Assembly (NCBI GenBank): GCA_037443365.1
Contig: JBBIOM010000017.1
Span: 1-46,612 of the forward strand
Direction: 5' to 3'
Origin: Armatimonadota bacterium
GTDB taxonomy: Bacteria; Sysuimicrobiota; Sysuimicrobiia; Sysuimicrobiales; Humicultoraceae
Length of the DNA: 46,612 nucleotides
Shown here: positions 18,287 through 27,561 of the stretch, piece after piece
Numbering within the stretch: position 1 is the stretch's first letter
Layout: every line of letters starts with the position of its first letter
The notes under the pieces: generated by a model
What the model was told of the DNA's origin: nothing
Databases searched by the model: none
Seen by the model: the letters and a program-made list of their open reading frames with translations, nothing else
Program-made: the position numbers and the translations under genes

Positions 18287-20010
18287 GCCCGCGACATCTC
18301 CCCGAGTGAGGACTCGAGGAGCAGGGCGCCCTCCTCCGCCAGTGCCGCAGCCGTTCTCAGGGTCTCGATCATCTCAGCCAGCGCGCCGGGCGTGCCGGCT
18401 ACCGTTGGTCCGCCGGCTGCCGATGGAACCGCTGCTGCGCTGGGAGGCCGGATAGTGAGCGTGATCACGCTCCGCGGCTCGGGGATCCCTGCCATCTCGC
18501 GCGCTCGGCGCACGGCGAGGGGAAAGTCGCCGATCTCGTCGATGAGGCCGCGCTCCATCGCCTGCCGGCCGGTCCAGACGCGCCCGCGCGCGATCGCTTC
18601 GATCTCGGCCTCGCTCCTGGCGCGGCAGCGCGCCACACGACTCACGAAGCGCTGGTACACCGCCTGGGTTGTCTCGCGGACGCGCTCGATCTGGGTCGGG
18701 GTAAACGGCTCGAAACCCGAAGGCATCGTGGCCGCCTCACCCCGCGCCACGATCGCGCGGTGAAGCCCTATCCTTCCGAGCAGGCCCCGAGCCGTCAGCT
18801 TACCGCTGATCACCCCGATCGAGCCGGTGCGGGTTGCGGGCTGCGCCACGATGTGTCCGGCCCCGCAGGAAACGTAATAGCCGCCCGAGCCGGCGACGTT
18901 GCCCATAAAGACGACCACGGGCTTCTTGGCCTTGATGCGAGCGACCTCGCGCCAGATCAGGTCGCTGGCCAGGGCCGATCCTCCGCGCGAGTCCACGTGG
19001 AACACGATCGCCCGCACACGCGGGTCGCGCTCCGCAGCCCGAAAGGCCCGCGCCACGGTCTCGGAGCCCGCGAAGCGCGATCCAAGGAACGGAAGCGGGA
19101 ACGGCAGGCTGCGGCTCTCACCGGTTACGATCGTACCGACAAGCTCAACGACTCCCACAACCGCGGTGCGCGACCGCCACCGGTAGGGGATCGGCAGGCG
19201 CCGGCGGGCCCGCTCCCACGGCAGCAGCGCGGCCGGGCGCGCGGGAGATCCCAGATGGGCCGGCAGCTCGTCCTCGTAGCAGACGCCGTCAATCAGCCCG
19301 GCACCCCAGGCGTCGTGCGCGCAGAGAGGGGCGCGGTTCACGGCTTCCCGGACGCCGCCCGAATCGAGACGCCTCGCCGCGGCCACGTCGTTGGCGAACT
19401 CGTCCATGACCGAGTCGAGAACCGACTCGACGACCTCGCGGTGGGACTCGGACAGGTCCGACCGCATGAAGGGATCGGCGGCGGTCTTGTACTCGGCGAT
19501 GCGCTCGAACTCCGGGAGAATCCCGGCGCGATCAAAGGCCTCGCGGAAGAAGGTGATCTCGGTGCGCAGCCCAAGGGCGGCCCAAAGGGCGGAGGACGGC
19601 ATCCAGATCTCGTCGGCCGCTGTGGCCAGGTAGTAGGCAGGTAGATCCGTATCCAGCAGATAGGCGACCACTCGCTTGCCCCGGCCGCGAAACTCGCAGA
19701 GCGCAGCCCGGAGGCTCTGCACCGTGGGCATCTCGGCCCGCAGGTCGCGCACGCGCAGCACGACCCCCCGCACGCGCGCATCCCCTGCGAGGCGCTCCAA
19801 CCGCCCACGCAGCATCTCCATGCTCTCCTCCGGATGCACCAGGGGGCGCGTCAGCATCCGCTGCAAGAACGACCGAGGAGCGGGCGAGCGTTCGGGGTAC
19901 GTGCCGCTCAGCTCGACGACAACGTAGTCGAGCGGCGGGCCGGGCAGGCGGGCCAGGATATTGAGAACGAGGAGCAGGCCGTTGCGCAACAGATCCAGAA
20001 TCCAGATCAT
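18283..20010 (-). CDS. sppA: Signal peptide peptidase SppA (long form, S49)
   Basis: Two S49-like halves; YKTAADP, VDSRGGSALAS, AGSGGYY, TGSIGV, GRVWTG. Confidence 0.85.
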   Translation of the reverse strand: MIWILDLLRNGLLLVLNILARLPGPPLDYVVVELSGTYPERSPAPRSFLQRMLTRPLVHPEESMEMLRGRLERLAGDARVRGVVLRVRDLRAEMPTVQSLRAALCEFRGRGKRVVAYLLDTDLPAYYLATAADEIWMPSSALWAALGLRTEITFFREAFDRAGILPEFERIAEYKTAADPFMRSDLSESHREVVESVLDSVMDEFANDVAAARRLDSGGVREAVNRAPLCAHDAWGAGLIDGVCYEDELPAHLGSPARPAALLPWERARRRLPIPYRWRSRTAVVGVVELVGTIVTGESRSLPFPLPFLGSRFAGSETVARAFRAAERDPRVRAIVFHVDSRGGSALASDLIWREVARIKAKKPVVVFMGNVAGSGGYYVSCGAGHIVAQPATRTGSIGVISGKLTARGLLGRIGLHRAIVARGEAATMPSGFEPFTPTQIERVRETTQAVYQRFVSRVARCRARSEAEIEAIARGRVWTGRQAMERGLIDEIGDFPLAVRRAREMAGIPEPRSVITLTIRPPSAAAVPSAAGGPTVAGTPGALAEMIETLRTAAALAEEGALLLESSLGEMSRA

Positions 20011-20015
20011 GGGAC

Positions 20016-20022
20016 TATTCTA
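20016..20022. promoter_or_regulatory. Overlapping divergent -10 elements (TAGAAT on minus, TATTCT on plus) in the 40-bp gap between sppA and the AGPS-like gene
   Basis: Minus: TAGAAT (20022-20017) then 6 nt to the sppA ATG. Plus: TATTCT at 20016-20021. Confidence 0.5.
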
Positions 20023-20050
20023 ACCACAGGCGGCGGCCACGCCTAGCGTC

Positions 20051-21718
20051 ATGCGCCCTGACGTACCCGGAACAACGAAATGGTGGGGCTGGGGGGATCC
20101 CGCCAAGACATATGCGCTCGACCGCCGCCCGCGATTCTGGCCGTTTCTTGCATCGAAGATAGGAAGGGCGGCGCAGGCGCCGGTGCCTCGGGTCGCGCTC
20201 GAGCAGATCGAGGTCCCGGCGCAGCGCATCCCGGCCCAGACCCTGGAGGCGCTCGTCGCATGCGTGGGAAGCGGGTGCCTCTCGGTCGCGGCAGGCGACC
20301 GCATCACGCATGCCTACGGCAAAGGGTATCAGGACCTGGTGCGATTGCGGCGGGGCGACCTTGCGCGGCCGCCCGACGCGGTGGCATTCCCGTCCTGCGA
20401 AGAGGCGGTCTCGCGCCTGCTGGGCATCGCGGGCAGCGAGGGGATTGCCGTCGTGCCCTTCGGCGGCGGGACCAGCGTGGTGGGCGGCGTGGAGGCGCCG
20501 GCAGGCGAGCGCCCGGTCCTGTGCGTTGACCTGCGTCGCATGAACCGCCTCGTCCGCGTAGACGCACATGGCCTCGCGGCCACGGCCGAGGCAGGCATCC
20601 TGGGCCCTGCGCTCGAGGCCGGGCTAGGCGCGCACGGCCTGACGCTGGGGCACTTCCCTCAGTCGTTCGAGTTCTCCACCCTGGGAGGATGGATCGCCAG
20701 CCGCTCGGCCGGATACGCCTCAACCGGCTACGGCAAGATCGAGGCGATGGTCGTTGCGCTGCGCGTGGTCACCCCGCGCGGGATCATCGCGACTCGGGTT
20801 GCGCCTGCCAGCGCCAGCGGACCTGATCTCGACCAGCTCTTCGCGGGCTCGGAAGGCGCACTCGGAATCATCGCGCAGGCCACGCTGCGCGTGCACCCAA
20901 CCCCAGAGGTGCGCGACTACCGGGCCTGGATCTTCCGCCGCTTCGAGGAAGGCGCAGGCGCCGTGCGCGCCATGATGCGGGAAGGGCCCATCCCAACAAC
21001 TGTCCGGCTCTCGGACGGACCCGAGACCGAGGCCCACATGGCGATGAGGGAGCGTTCTCCCGGCCGGCTTGCGCAGGCGCGGGAGTGGGCGGAGGCGCGC
21101 GCGGCGCGGGCGCTGGGCATGGCAGCCGGCGGCATGTGCCTCTGCATCCTGGGGGTCGAGGGAAGCGCGGCAGGGGTGGCGCACGCGTGGCGCGGCCTGG
21201 GGAAGGTGCTGAGACGGCACGGTGCGGTCCCCCTAGGATCCGGACCGGCCCGCGCCTGGTACCGTGAGCGTTTCGAGATTCCCTACCTGCGCGACGTGCT
21301 GCTCGATGCCGGCATCATGGTGGACACGCTGGAAACCGCGGCCCCCTGGGACCGCCTGCTGTCGCTGCGCGCGAGCATCGGGGATACGCTCCGCGATTGC
21401 CTGACCTCGCAGGGCACGCCCCCGCTCGTGCTCTGCCACCTCTCGCACGCCTATCCCACCGGCGCCTCGCTCTACTTCACCTTCCTGGCCCGGCAGGCCC
21501 CGGGCCGCGAGATGGAGCAGTGGCGGAACGCCAAGAGCGCGGCGACCGACGCGATCGTATTAGGAGGCGGAACGCTCAGCCACCATCACGGCATCGGCAC
21601 GGTGCACCAGGCCTGGATGCGCGAGGAGCACGGCGAGGACGGCATGCAGACGCTCCGGGCCATCAAGACCGCGCTGGATCCCGACGGCATCATGAACCCG
21701 GGCAAGCTGGTGTCCTGA
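20051..21718 (+). CDS. Alkyldihydroxyacetonephosphate synthase-like FAD-binding protein
   Basis: KWWGWG N-terminus, PFGGGTSV, GHFPQSFEFSTLGGW, GSEG, CHLSHAY, LYFTF and the SHHHGIG His-triad typical of AGPS/ADPS. Confidence 0.8.
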   Translation: MRPDVPGTTKWWGWGDPAKTYALDRRPRFWPFLASKIGRAAQAPVPRVALEQIEVPAQRIPAQTLEALVACVGSGCLSVAAGDRITHAYGKGYQDLVRLRRGDLARPPDAVAFPSCEEAVSRLLGIAGSEGIAVVPFGGGTSVVGGVEAPAGERPVLCVDLRRMNRLVRVDAHGLAATAEAGILGPALEAGLGAHGLTLGHFPQSFEFSTLGGWIASRSAGYASTGYGKIEAMVVALRVVTPRGIIATRVAPASASGPDLDQLFAGSEGALGIIAQATLRVHPTPEVRDYRAWIFRRFEEGAGAVRAMMREGPIPTTVRLSDGPETEAHMAMRERSPGRLAQAREWAEARAARALGMAAGGMCLCILGVEGSAAGVAHAWRGLGKVLRRHGAVPLGSGPARAWYRERFEIPYLRDVLLDAGIMVDTLETAAPWDRLLSLRASIGDTLRDCLTSQGTPPLVLCHLSHAYPTGASLYFTFLARQAPGREMEQWRNAKSAATDAIVLGGGTLSHHHGIGTVHQAWMREEHGEDGMQTLRAIKTALDPDGIMNPGKLVS

Positions 21719-21722
21719 GAAG

Positions 21723-23219
21723 ATGCCCGCGGACGAGTTCTCGATCGCGACGCGACGCGACAACCTCGACCGCGCCGGGCGGGGCGTCTGGGACCTGCTC
21801 GTCATCGGAGGCGGCATCACCGGCGCCGGGCTGGCGCGCGACGCGGCGCTGCGCGGCTGGCGTACCGTGCTCGTCGAGCAGGACGACTTCGCCAGCGGCA
21901 CGAGCGGCCGCTCCGGCCGCATGGTGCACGGTGGACTGCGCTACCTGGCCGAAGGGCATATCCGGCTCGTCGCCGAGTCGCTGGCCGAGCGCGCCGCGCT
22001 CCAGCACACCCTGCCGCGCCTGGTGACCCCGCACCAGTTCATGCTCCCCGTGTGCGGAACCGGCCTGGCCATGGCGCGAATGGCCGCGGGAATGGCCCTG
22101 TATCAGGGGCTGGCGCTCGGCCGGGCCGCGGGCCCGGCACGCCTGGTTTCCCGGCGGCGCGCCCGCGACCTGGAGCCGCTGGTTGCCCCGGATCGGCTCG
22201 CGGGCGCTGCCATCTACTGGGACTGCCTGACGGACGACGTGCGCCTGGTGCTGGCGCTCGTGGCTGACGCGCACAGGCACGGCGCAGCCGCGATCAACCA
22301 CGCGCCCGTCGTGGACCTGCTCGTCTCCGGCGGACGCGTGGCCGGGGCCGCGGTGCAGGATGCCGTCTCCGGACGCACCTTCGAGGTGCGCGCGCGTGTC
22401 GTCGCCAACGCCACTGGCCCCTGGGCCGAGCGGACCCTGGCGATGGGCGGGGGGCGCGCGCTGCGCCTGCGTCCGACCAGGGGATCCCACATTGTGGTCG
22501 AGCGCGCCCGCCTGGAGACCCGCCGTGCGATCATATTCTCCTCGCCGCGCGACCGCAGGAACCTCTACCTGGTACCGTGGGGGCGGTACTGCATAGTGGG
22601 CACCACCGAGACCGACTACCCGGGTGATCCCGCAGCAGTCTCTACAACCGCCGGGGACGTGGCCTATCTGCTGGAGGCGGTCCGGAGCACCTTCCCCGGA
22701 GCCGGTCTGGGCCCAGGGGATGTCGTCAGCACATTCGCAGGCGTGCGGCCGCTTCTGGACCGCCCCGGGCTCGCGGCCCGAAGCGTCCCGCGCGATTACC
22801 GCGTCGTCGAAGACCCTCCGGGCCTCATATCCGTGGCAGGAGGCAAGCTCACGACCTTCAGGCGCATGGCGCAGGATGCGGCAGACGCGGCCGCGAGGTC
22901 CGCCGGCGGCATCGCGGCAGGGCAGCGGAGCCGCACCGCCTTCGTGACCGTTGCGCCTCCGGCAGAAGCCCCGCCTGACATTGCCGGCCTCGTTGCACGC
23001 GCTGTCAAGCATGAGATGGCGGTGACGTTATCTGACTGCTTGATCCGCCGTCTCGGCCTGATCCACGAACTGCCCGACCAGGGGCTGGGGTTCGCCCCGG
23101 AGGCGGCGCGCCTGGCGGCGCCGCTGCTCGGGTGGACCGGTGCGCAGGAGCAAGACGAGATCCAACAATACCGGGCCGCCGTGGCGTTGACGCAACGGTG
23201 GCGGATCGCTTCGGGGTGA
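21723..23219 (+). CDS. glpD: FAD-dependent glycerol-3-phosphate dehydrogenase-like protein
   Basis: IGGGITGAG, DFASGTSGRS, HGGLRYL, NATGPW, GTTETD, AGVRPL, GGKLTTFR. Confidence 0.8.
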   Translation: MPADEFSIATRRDNLDRAGRGVWDLLVIGGGITGAGLARDAALRGWRTVLVEQDDFASGTSGRSGRMVHGGLRYLAEGHIRLVAESLAERAALQHTLPRLVTPHQFMLPVCGTGLAMARMAAGMALYQGLALGRAAGPARLVSRRRARDLEPLVAPDRLAGAAIYWDCLTDDVRLVLALVADAHRHGAAAINHAPVVDLLVSGGRVAGAAVQDAVSGRTFEVRARVVANATGPWAERTLAMGGGRALRLRPTRGSHIVVERARLETRRAIIFSSPRDRRNLYLVPWGRYCIVGTTETDYPGDPAAVSTTAGDVAYLLEAVRSTFPGAGLGPGDVVSTFAGVRPLLDRPGLAARSVPRDYRVVEDPPGLISVAGGKLTTFRRMAQDAADAAARSAGGIAAGQRSRTAFVTVAPPAEAPPDIAGLVARAVKHEMAVTLSDCLIRRLGLIHELPDQGLGFAPEAARLAAPLLGWTGAQEQDEIQQYRAAVALTQRWRIASG

Positions 23220-23223
23220 GGGG

Positions 23224-25194
23224 ATGCTGACGGACTCTGAACGCGCTACCCTGCGGGCGCTGTGTGACGCCTTCGCTCCCGCGCTGAACCGCGACGGCGA
23301 TGAGCACGGCCTTCTGCGACGGCGCGGGTCGGACCTCCGCCTGCCGGCCCTGATTGAGGAGGGGCTGTCGGAGGCCCCGGCGCATCTGCGCGCGCAGCTG
23401 CGGCGGCTGCTCGGCATGATGGGCAGCCCGGTCGCGAACCTGCTGCTGGCCGGCCGGGCCAAGGCATTGGCGGCGATGTCCGCCACCCAGGCAGAGGCGT
23501 ATCTCCGATCGTGGGGCACGAGCTGCCTGCCGCACAAGCGCGCGGCGTTCCAGGCCCTCAAGCAGGTGATCGTCTTCCTGTTCTACGCCGCGCATCCGCC
23601 CGGGGAACCCAACCCCAACTGGCCCGCCATCGGGTTCTCCCCGCATCCGCCGGTGGAGCCCGGGCCGGGCGCGCGAATAGCGCCGCTGACGGTCGCCTCT
23701 GACACGCACCTGGAGACCGACGTCTGTGTCATCGGATCAGGCGCAGGCGGCAGCGTCGCCGCGGCCGAGCTGAGCCGCGCGGGCCGCCAGGTCCTGCTCG
23801 TCGAGCGCGGGGGTTACTACAGCCAGGGCGACTACAACGGCGACGAGTACGAGATGCTGCGGCGGCTCTCGCTGGGCAAGGGCCTGTTCGGCACCGCCGA
23901 CGGCGCCTTCGGGCTGCTGGCGGCGACGTGCCTGGGAGGAAGCACCGTCGTCAACTGGTGCACGAGCCTGCGGCCCCCATCCGACGTGCTGGAAGAGTGG
24001 GAGCGCGTGCACGGCATTGACGGCGCCTCGGGCCCGCGGTTCCAGGCGGATGTAGAGGCCGTGCTGGACAGATTGAACGTGAACACGCTGGAGAGCGGCC
24101 ACAATCCCAACAACCAGGTACTGGTGGATGGCGCCCGGGCGCTCGGATACCGGGTCGAGACGATCCCGCGCAATGTTCGGGGTTGCGACGACTGTGGTCC
24201 GTGCGTCTACGGCTGCGCACGCGGCGCCAAGCAGGACGCGCTCGTCACGTACATCAAGGATGCCTGCGATGCGGGCGCGCGGGTGCTGGTGCGCTGCCGT
24301 GCCGAGCGCGTGCTCGAGCAACGCGGCGAGGCGACCGGCGTCGAGGCGGTGGTTGCGGATCCCGCCTCGGGCAGGGAGTACCGCGTCACGATCCGCGCCA
24401 GGACGGTGGTGGTGGCCGGCGGGGCCATCTTCTCGCCGGCGCTGCTGCTGCGCTCAGGGCTGGGCAACGCAATGGTGGGGCGCGGGCTGCGTCTGCACCC
24501 CGTGACCGCCTGCCTGGGCGTGTATCCCCATCCGATCAGGATCTGGTCGGGAGCCGGCCAGACCGCCACCTGCAACGAGTTCGCGCGCACCCGCGGGATG
24601 CACGGCTTCTGGATCGAAGCGTCCCCAGGGCATCCCGGGCTGGCGGCGATGGCCATGCCCTGGATCAACGGCGAGGATCACAAGCGCCAGATGGCGCGCC
24701 TTGAGCACACGGCCGCGCTGATAGTGCTGGTGCGCGACAGCGGCAGCGGCAGGGTGACGCTGACGCGCGACGGGAATCCGCTAGTGCGCTACTCCCAGAA
24801 CGCGCAGGACCGCGCGCTGATGCTGCGGGGACTCGAGGAGATGTGCAAGATCCACCTTGCCGCCGGCGCGCTGGAGGTGGCGAGCCTGCACACCGGCGGA
24901 GTGCGCGTGCAGGGCAGCGATTCCGGCGCCGCGGCGCGCTTCGCGGCAGGGGTCCGGCGCGAGGGGATCCGGCCCAACGCGCTCGCGTTGTTCAGCGCGC
25001 ACCTGATGGGCGGCCTGCCCATGGGTGCGGACCCGCGCCGCGCGGCCGTGGATCCATCCGGGAGGCTCTACGGCGTGCGCAACCTGTACGTGGCCGACGC
25101 CAGCCTCCTTCCCACCGCGCCCGGCGTGAACCCGATGATCGCGATCATGGCCATGGCCCGCCGCGTGGGGAGGCGCATCGCGGGGACGGGCTAG
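23224..25194 (+). CDS. GMC oxidoreductase resembling long-chain fatty alcohol oxidase
   Basis: N-terminal LRALCDAF extension, IGSGAGG, LGGSTVVNW, CDDCGPCVYGC, LRLHP, SAHLMG, GVNPMIAI. Confidence 0.7.
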   Translation: MLTDSERATLRALCDAFAPALNRDGDEHGLLRRRGSDLRLPALIEEGLSEAPAHLRAQLRRLLGMMGSPVANLLLAGRAKALAAMSATQAEAYLRSWGTSCLPHKRAAFQALKQVIVFLFYAAHPPGEPNPNWPAIGFSPHPPVEPGPGARIAPLTVASDTHLETDVCVIGSGAGGSVAAAELSRAGRQVLLVERGGYYSQGDYNGDEYEMLRRLSLGKGLFGTADGAFGLLAATCLGGSTVVNWCTSLRPPSDVLEEWERVHGIDGASGPRFQADVEAVLDRLNVNTLESGHNPNNQVLVDGARALGYRVETIPRNVRGCDDCGPCVYGCARGAKQDALVTYIKDACDAGARVLVRCRAERVLEQRGEATGVEAVVADPASGREYRVTIRARTVVVAGGAIFSPALLLRSGLGNAMVGRGLRLHPVTACLGVYPHPIRIWSGAGQTATCNEFARTRGMHGFWIEASPGHPGLAAMAMPWINGEDHKRQMARLEHTAALIVLVRDSGSGRVTLTRDGNPLVRYSQNAQDRALMLRGLEEMCKIHLAAGALEVASLHTGGVRVQGSDSGAAARFAAGVRREGIRPNALALFSAHLMGGLPMGADPRRAAVDPSGRLYGVRNLYVADASLLPTAPGVNPMIAIMAMARRVGRRIAGTG

Positions 25195-25201
25195 ATGGGG
25201 C

Positions 25202-25576
25202 TCACTCGTAGCCCAGCTCGGCCAGGCGATCCTCGTCGAGCCCGAAGTAGTGCGCGATCTCGTGCACGACCGTGCGGCGTATCTCTTCGCGCATCTCGTC
25301 CTCGGTATCGCACTCTTCCTGTATCGGACCCTGGAAGATCGTGATGACATCCGGCAGGGTGTAGGGCAGCATCGGGCTGCGCTCGGGAAGCGGGGTCCCG
25401 TGATAGAGGCCGAACAGCACGTCGCCCGGCCGCGTACCGGCGTCTTCGAGGTGCTCCGCGGTGGGCCAGTCGTCCACGACGACCTCGATGTTGTCCAGGG
25501 CGCCGCGCAGGTCTTGGGGAATCCCGCGCAGGGCGTCGGCCACTAGCTGCTCAAACCGCCTGCGGCTGATGCGCAT
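25202..25576 (-). CDS. Minimal zincin metallopeptidase (Zincin_1/DUF1025-like)
   Basis: LFGLYHG, PDVITIF, TVVHEIAHYFG (HExxH). Confidence 0.85.
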   Translation of the reverse strand: MRISRRRFEQLVADALRGIPQDLRGALDNIEVVVDDWPTAEHLEDAGTRPGDVLFGLYHGTPLPERSPMLPYTLPDVITIFQGPIQEECDTEDEMREEIRRTVVHEIAHYFGLDEDRLAELGYE

Positions 25577-25688
25577 CGAACTACCCCCAGATTATCACCC
25601 GGCCGGGCATATTGCCCCCGGGCGGACCGTTATCCCACAATGTGTGTTGGCCTACCCGGCCGAGACGCTCCCGGAGGTTCAACCCGCG

Positions 25689-25907
25689 ATGCCGATCTAC
25701 GAGTACGTGTGCAACCGGTGCGGCCAGAGGTTCGAGCAGCTGGTCTGGAGCAGCACGCCCGTCGAGGAGATCGCCTGCCCGTCCTGCGGTGAGAGCGACG
25801 CGCGCAGGGTGATGTCCACCTTCGGGGTGGGGCGCTCGGCCGGCGCCGGTGCCGGAACGGGAGCGCTCTGCCCGGCGGCCACGCCGGGGTGCGAGAGCGG
25901 CGGCTGA
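25689..25907 (+). CDS. FmdB-family zinc-ribbon protein (possibly extends through UGA to 25919 as a selenoprotein)
   Basis: MPIYEYVCNRCG and CPSCG; GGAGG RBS; ends CPAATPGCESGG-TGA-AGG-CTC-CGG-TAG. Confidence 0.85.
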   Translation: MPIYEYVCNRCGQRFEQLVWSSTPVEEIACPSCGESDARRVMSTFGVGRSAGAGAGTGALCPAATPGCESGG

Positions 25908-25915
25908 AGGCTCCG

Positions 25916-25939
25916 GTAGGGCGGCCGGGCGCCGCCTAC
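25916..25939 (+). other. Hairpin after the zinc-ribbon UGA (candidate SECIS or bidirectional terminator)
   Basis: GTAG(G)GCGGC-CGGGC-GCCGCCTAC; the loop begins 19 nt after the UGA. Confidence 0.45.
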
Positions 25940-27441
25940 ACCTCAAGCCATCCCCGCGTGCGCTCCACCGCGCGCTTCCAGCCCCGCAGCGCCGATTCGC
26001 GACGGTCCTCGTCCCAGGCCGGATCAAAGGTCCGCTCTGCCTGCCAGAGGGCGCGCAGCTCGTGCGTGGACGCGAACGCGCCCGACGCCAGGCCCGCGGC
26101 GTAGGCCGCGCCCAGCGCGGTCGTCTCGCGCACCGCGGGGCGCACGACCGGCACTCCCAAGATGTCGGCTTGGAGCTGCATGAGCAGGTCGTTGCCGGTT
26201 GCGCCGCCGTCCACCTTCAGCACGCTCACGGCGTGGCCGCTGTCGGCGACCATGGCGTCGAGCACCTCGCGGCTCTGGAAGCAGATCGCCTCCAGCGTCG
26301 CGCGCACGAGGTGCGCTCGGGTCACGAACCTTGTGAGTCCAACGATGGCGCCGCGCGCGCTCATGTCCCAGTGCGGGGCGAACAGCCCGGAGAACGCCGG
26401 CACGAAGTAGACCCCTCCGGCATCCGGGACGGCAGCGGCTATCGCCTCGGTCTCGGCGGCGCTGGAGATCAGCCCCAGGTTGTCGCGCAGCCACTGGACG
26501 GCGGCCCCGGTGATCGCGACCGATCCCTCCAGCGCGTAGGCCCGCCCGCGGCCCAGGTCGTATGCGGCGGTGCCGAGCAGCCCGCGCGTGCTGCGCACCG
26601 GCGCCGCTCCGGCGTGCTGCAGCAGGAACGAGCCCGTGCCGTAGGTGTTCTTCGCCTCTCCGGGCTCGAAGCACGCCTGTCCTACCAGGGCGGCCTGCTG
26701 GTCGCCCAGGTCGCCGCATACGGGCACCGCTTCGCCGAAAGCGCCATCGGCCGTCGTGTAGCCGAACGGCTCGGCCGGGGCCGAGGGCCGGATCGCGGGA
26801 AGCGCGCCGGCCGGGACGCCGAAGCGCTCCAGAAGCACCGGGTCCCAGGCCAGATCGTCGAGGCGGCACAGCAGCGTGCGTGACGCGTTGGTGGGATCGG
26901 TCGTATGCGCGCCGCCACGCGGCCCGCCGGTCAGGTTCCATATGACCCAGGTGTCAATCGTGCCGAGGCACAGGTGCCCGCCTGCGGCCAGTGCCCGCAC
27001 CTCGGGCACGTTCGAGATCAACCAGCGGATCTTCGTCGCCGAGAAGTAGGTGCTGATGGGCAGTCCCGTGCGCGCGCGCACGTCGTCGGCCCATCCGGCC
27101 TCGATCAGCGCGCGGCAGTCGGGCTCGGTGCGTGTGTCCTGCCAGACGATGGCGTTGTAGATGGGGCGGCCTGTGCGCGCGTCCCATGCCACCACGGTCT
27201 CACGCTGGTTCGTGACCCCCGCGGCCAGCACGCGCCCGCGCGGGGATGAGGCCAGCGCCTCGCGCACCACTTCCTGCGTGCGAGCCCAGATCTCCAGCGG
27301 GTCGTGCTCCACCCATCCGGGCTGCGGGTAGATCTGCCGGTGCTCCCGGTAGGCCGATGACACCGCGCGTCCCCCCAGGTCGAACAGGATGCAGCGCGTG
27401 CCCGTGGTGCCCTGGTCGATCGCGGCAAGATAGCCCGTCAT
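25936..27441 (-). CDS. glpK: Glycerol kinase
   Basis: DQGTTGTR, GWVEHDP, TNQRET, IVWQD, YFSATK, GDQQAAL, KNTYGTG, VDGG. Confidence 0.92.
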   Translation of the reverse strand: MTGYLAAIDQGTTGTRCILFDLGGRAVSSAYREHRQIYPQPGWVEHDPLEIWARTQEVVREALASSPRGRVLAAGVTNQRETVVAWDARTGRPIYNAIVWQDTRTEPDCRALIEAGWADDVRARTGLPISTYFSATKIRWLISNVPEVRALAAGGHLCLGTIDTWVIWNLTGGPRGGAHTTDPTNASRTLLCRLDDLAWDPVLLERFGVPAGALPAIRPSAPAEPFGYTTADGAFGEAVPVCGDLGDQQAALVGQACFEPGEAKNTYGTGSFLLQHAGAAPVRSTRGLLGTAAYDLGRGRAYALEGSVAITGAAVQWLRDNLGLISSAAETEAIAAAVPDAGGVYFVPAFSGLFAPHWDMSARGAIVGLTRFVTRAHLVRATLEAICFQSREVLDAMVADSGHAVSVLKVDGGATGNDLLMQLQADILGVPVVRPAVRETTALGAAYAAGLASGAFASTHELRALWQAERTFDPAWDEDRRESALRGWKRAVERTRGWLEV

Positions 27442-27561
27442 CCGTCACCTCGCCGTCTGCGACGCCTGGCCCTCTCGGGGAGCGGGGACGCGTCAAGAAC
27501 ATCCCGCGCATCTTGGGCGAAGCGCCCACGCAGGGATCCTAGGGAATCACTTGCACGATAG

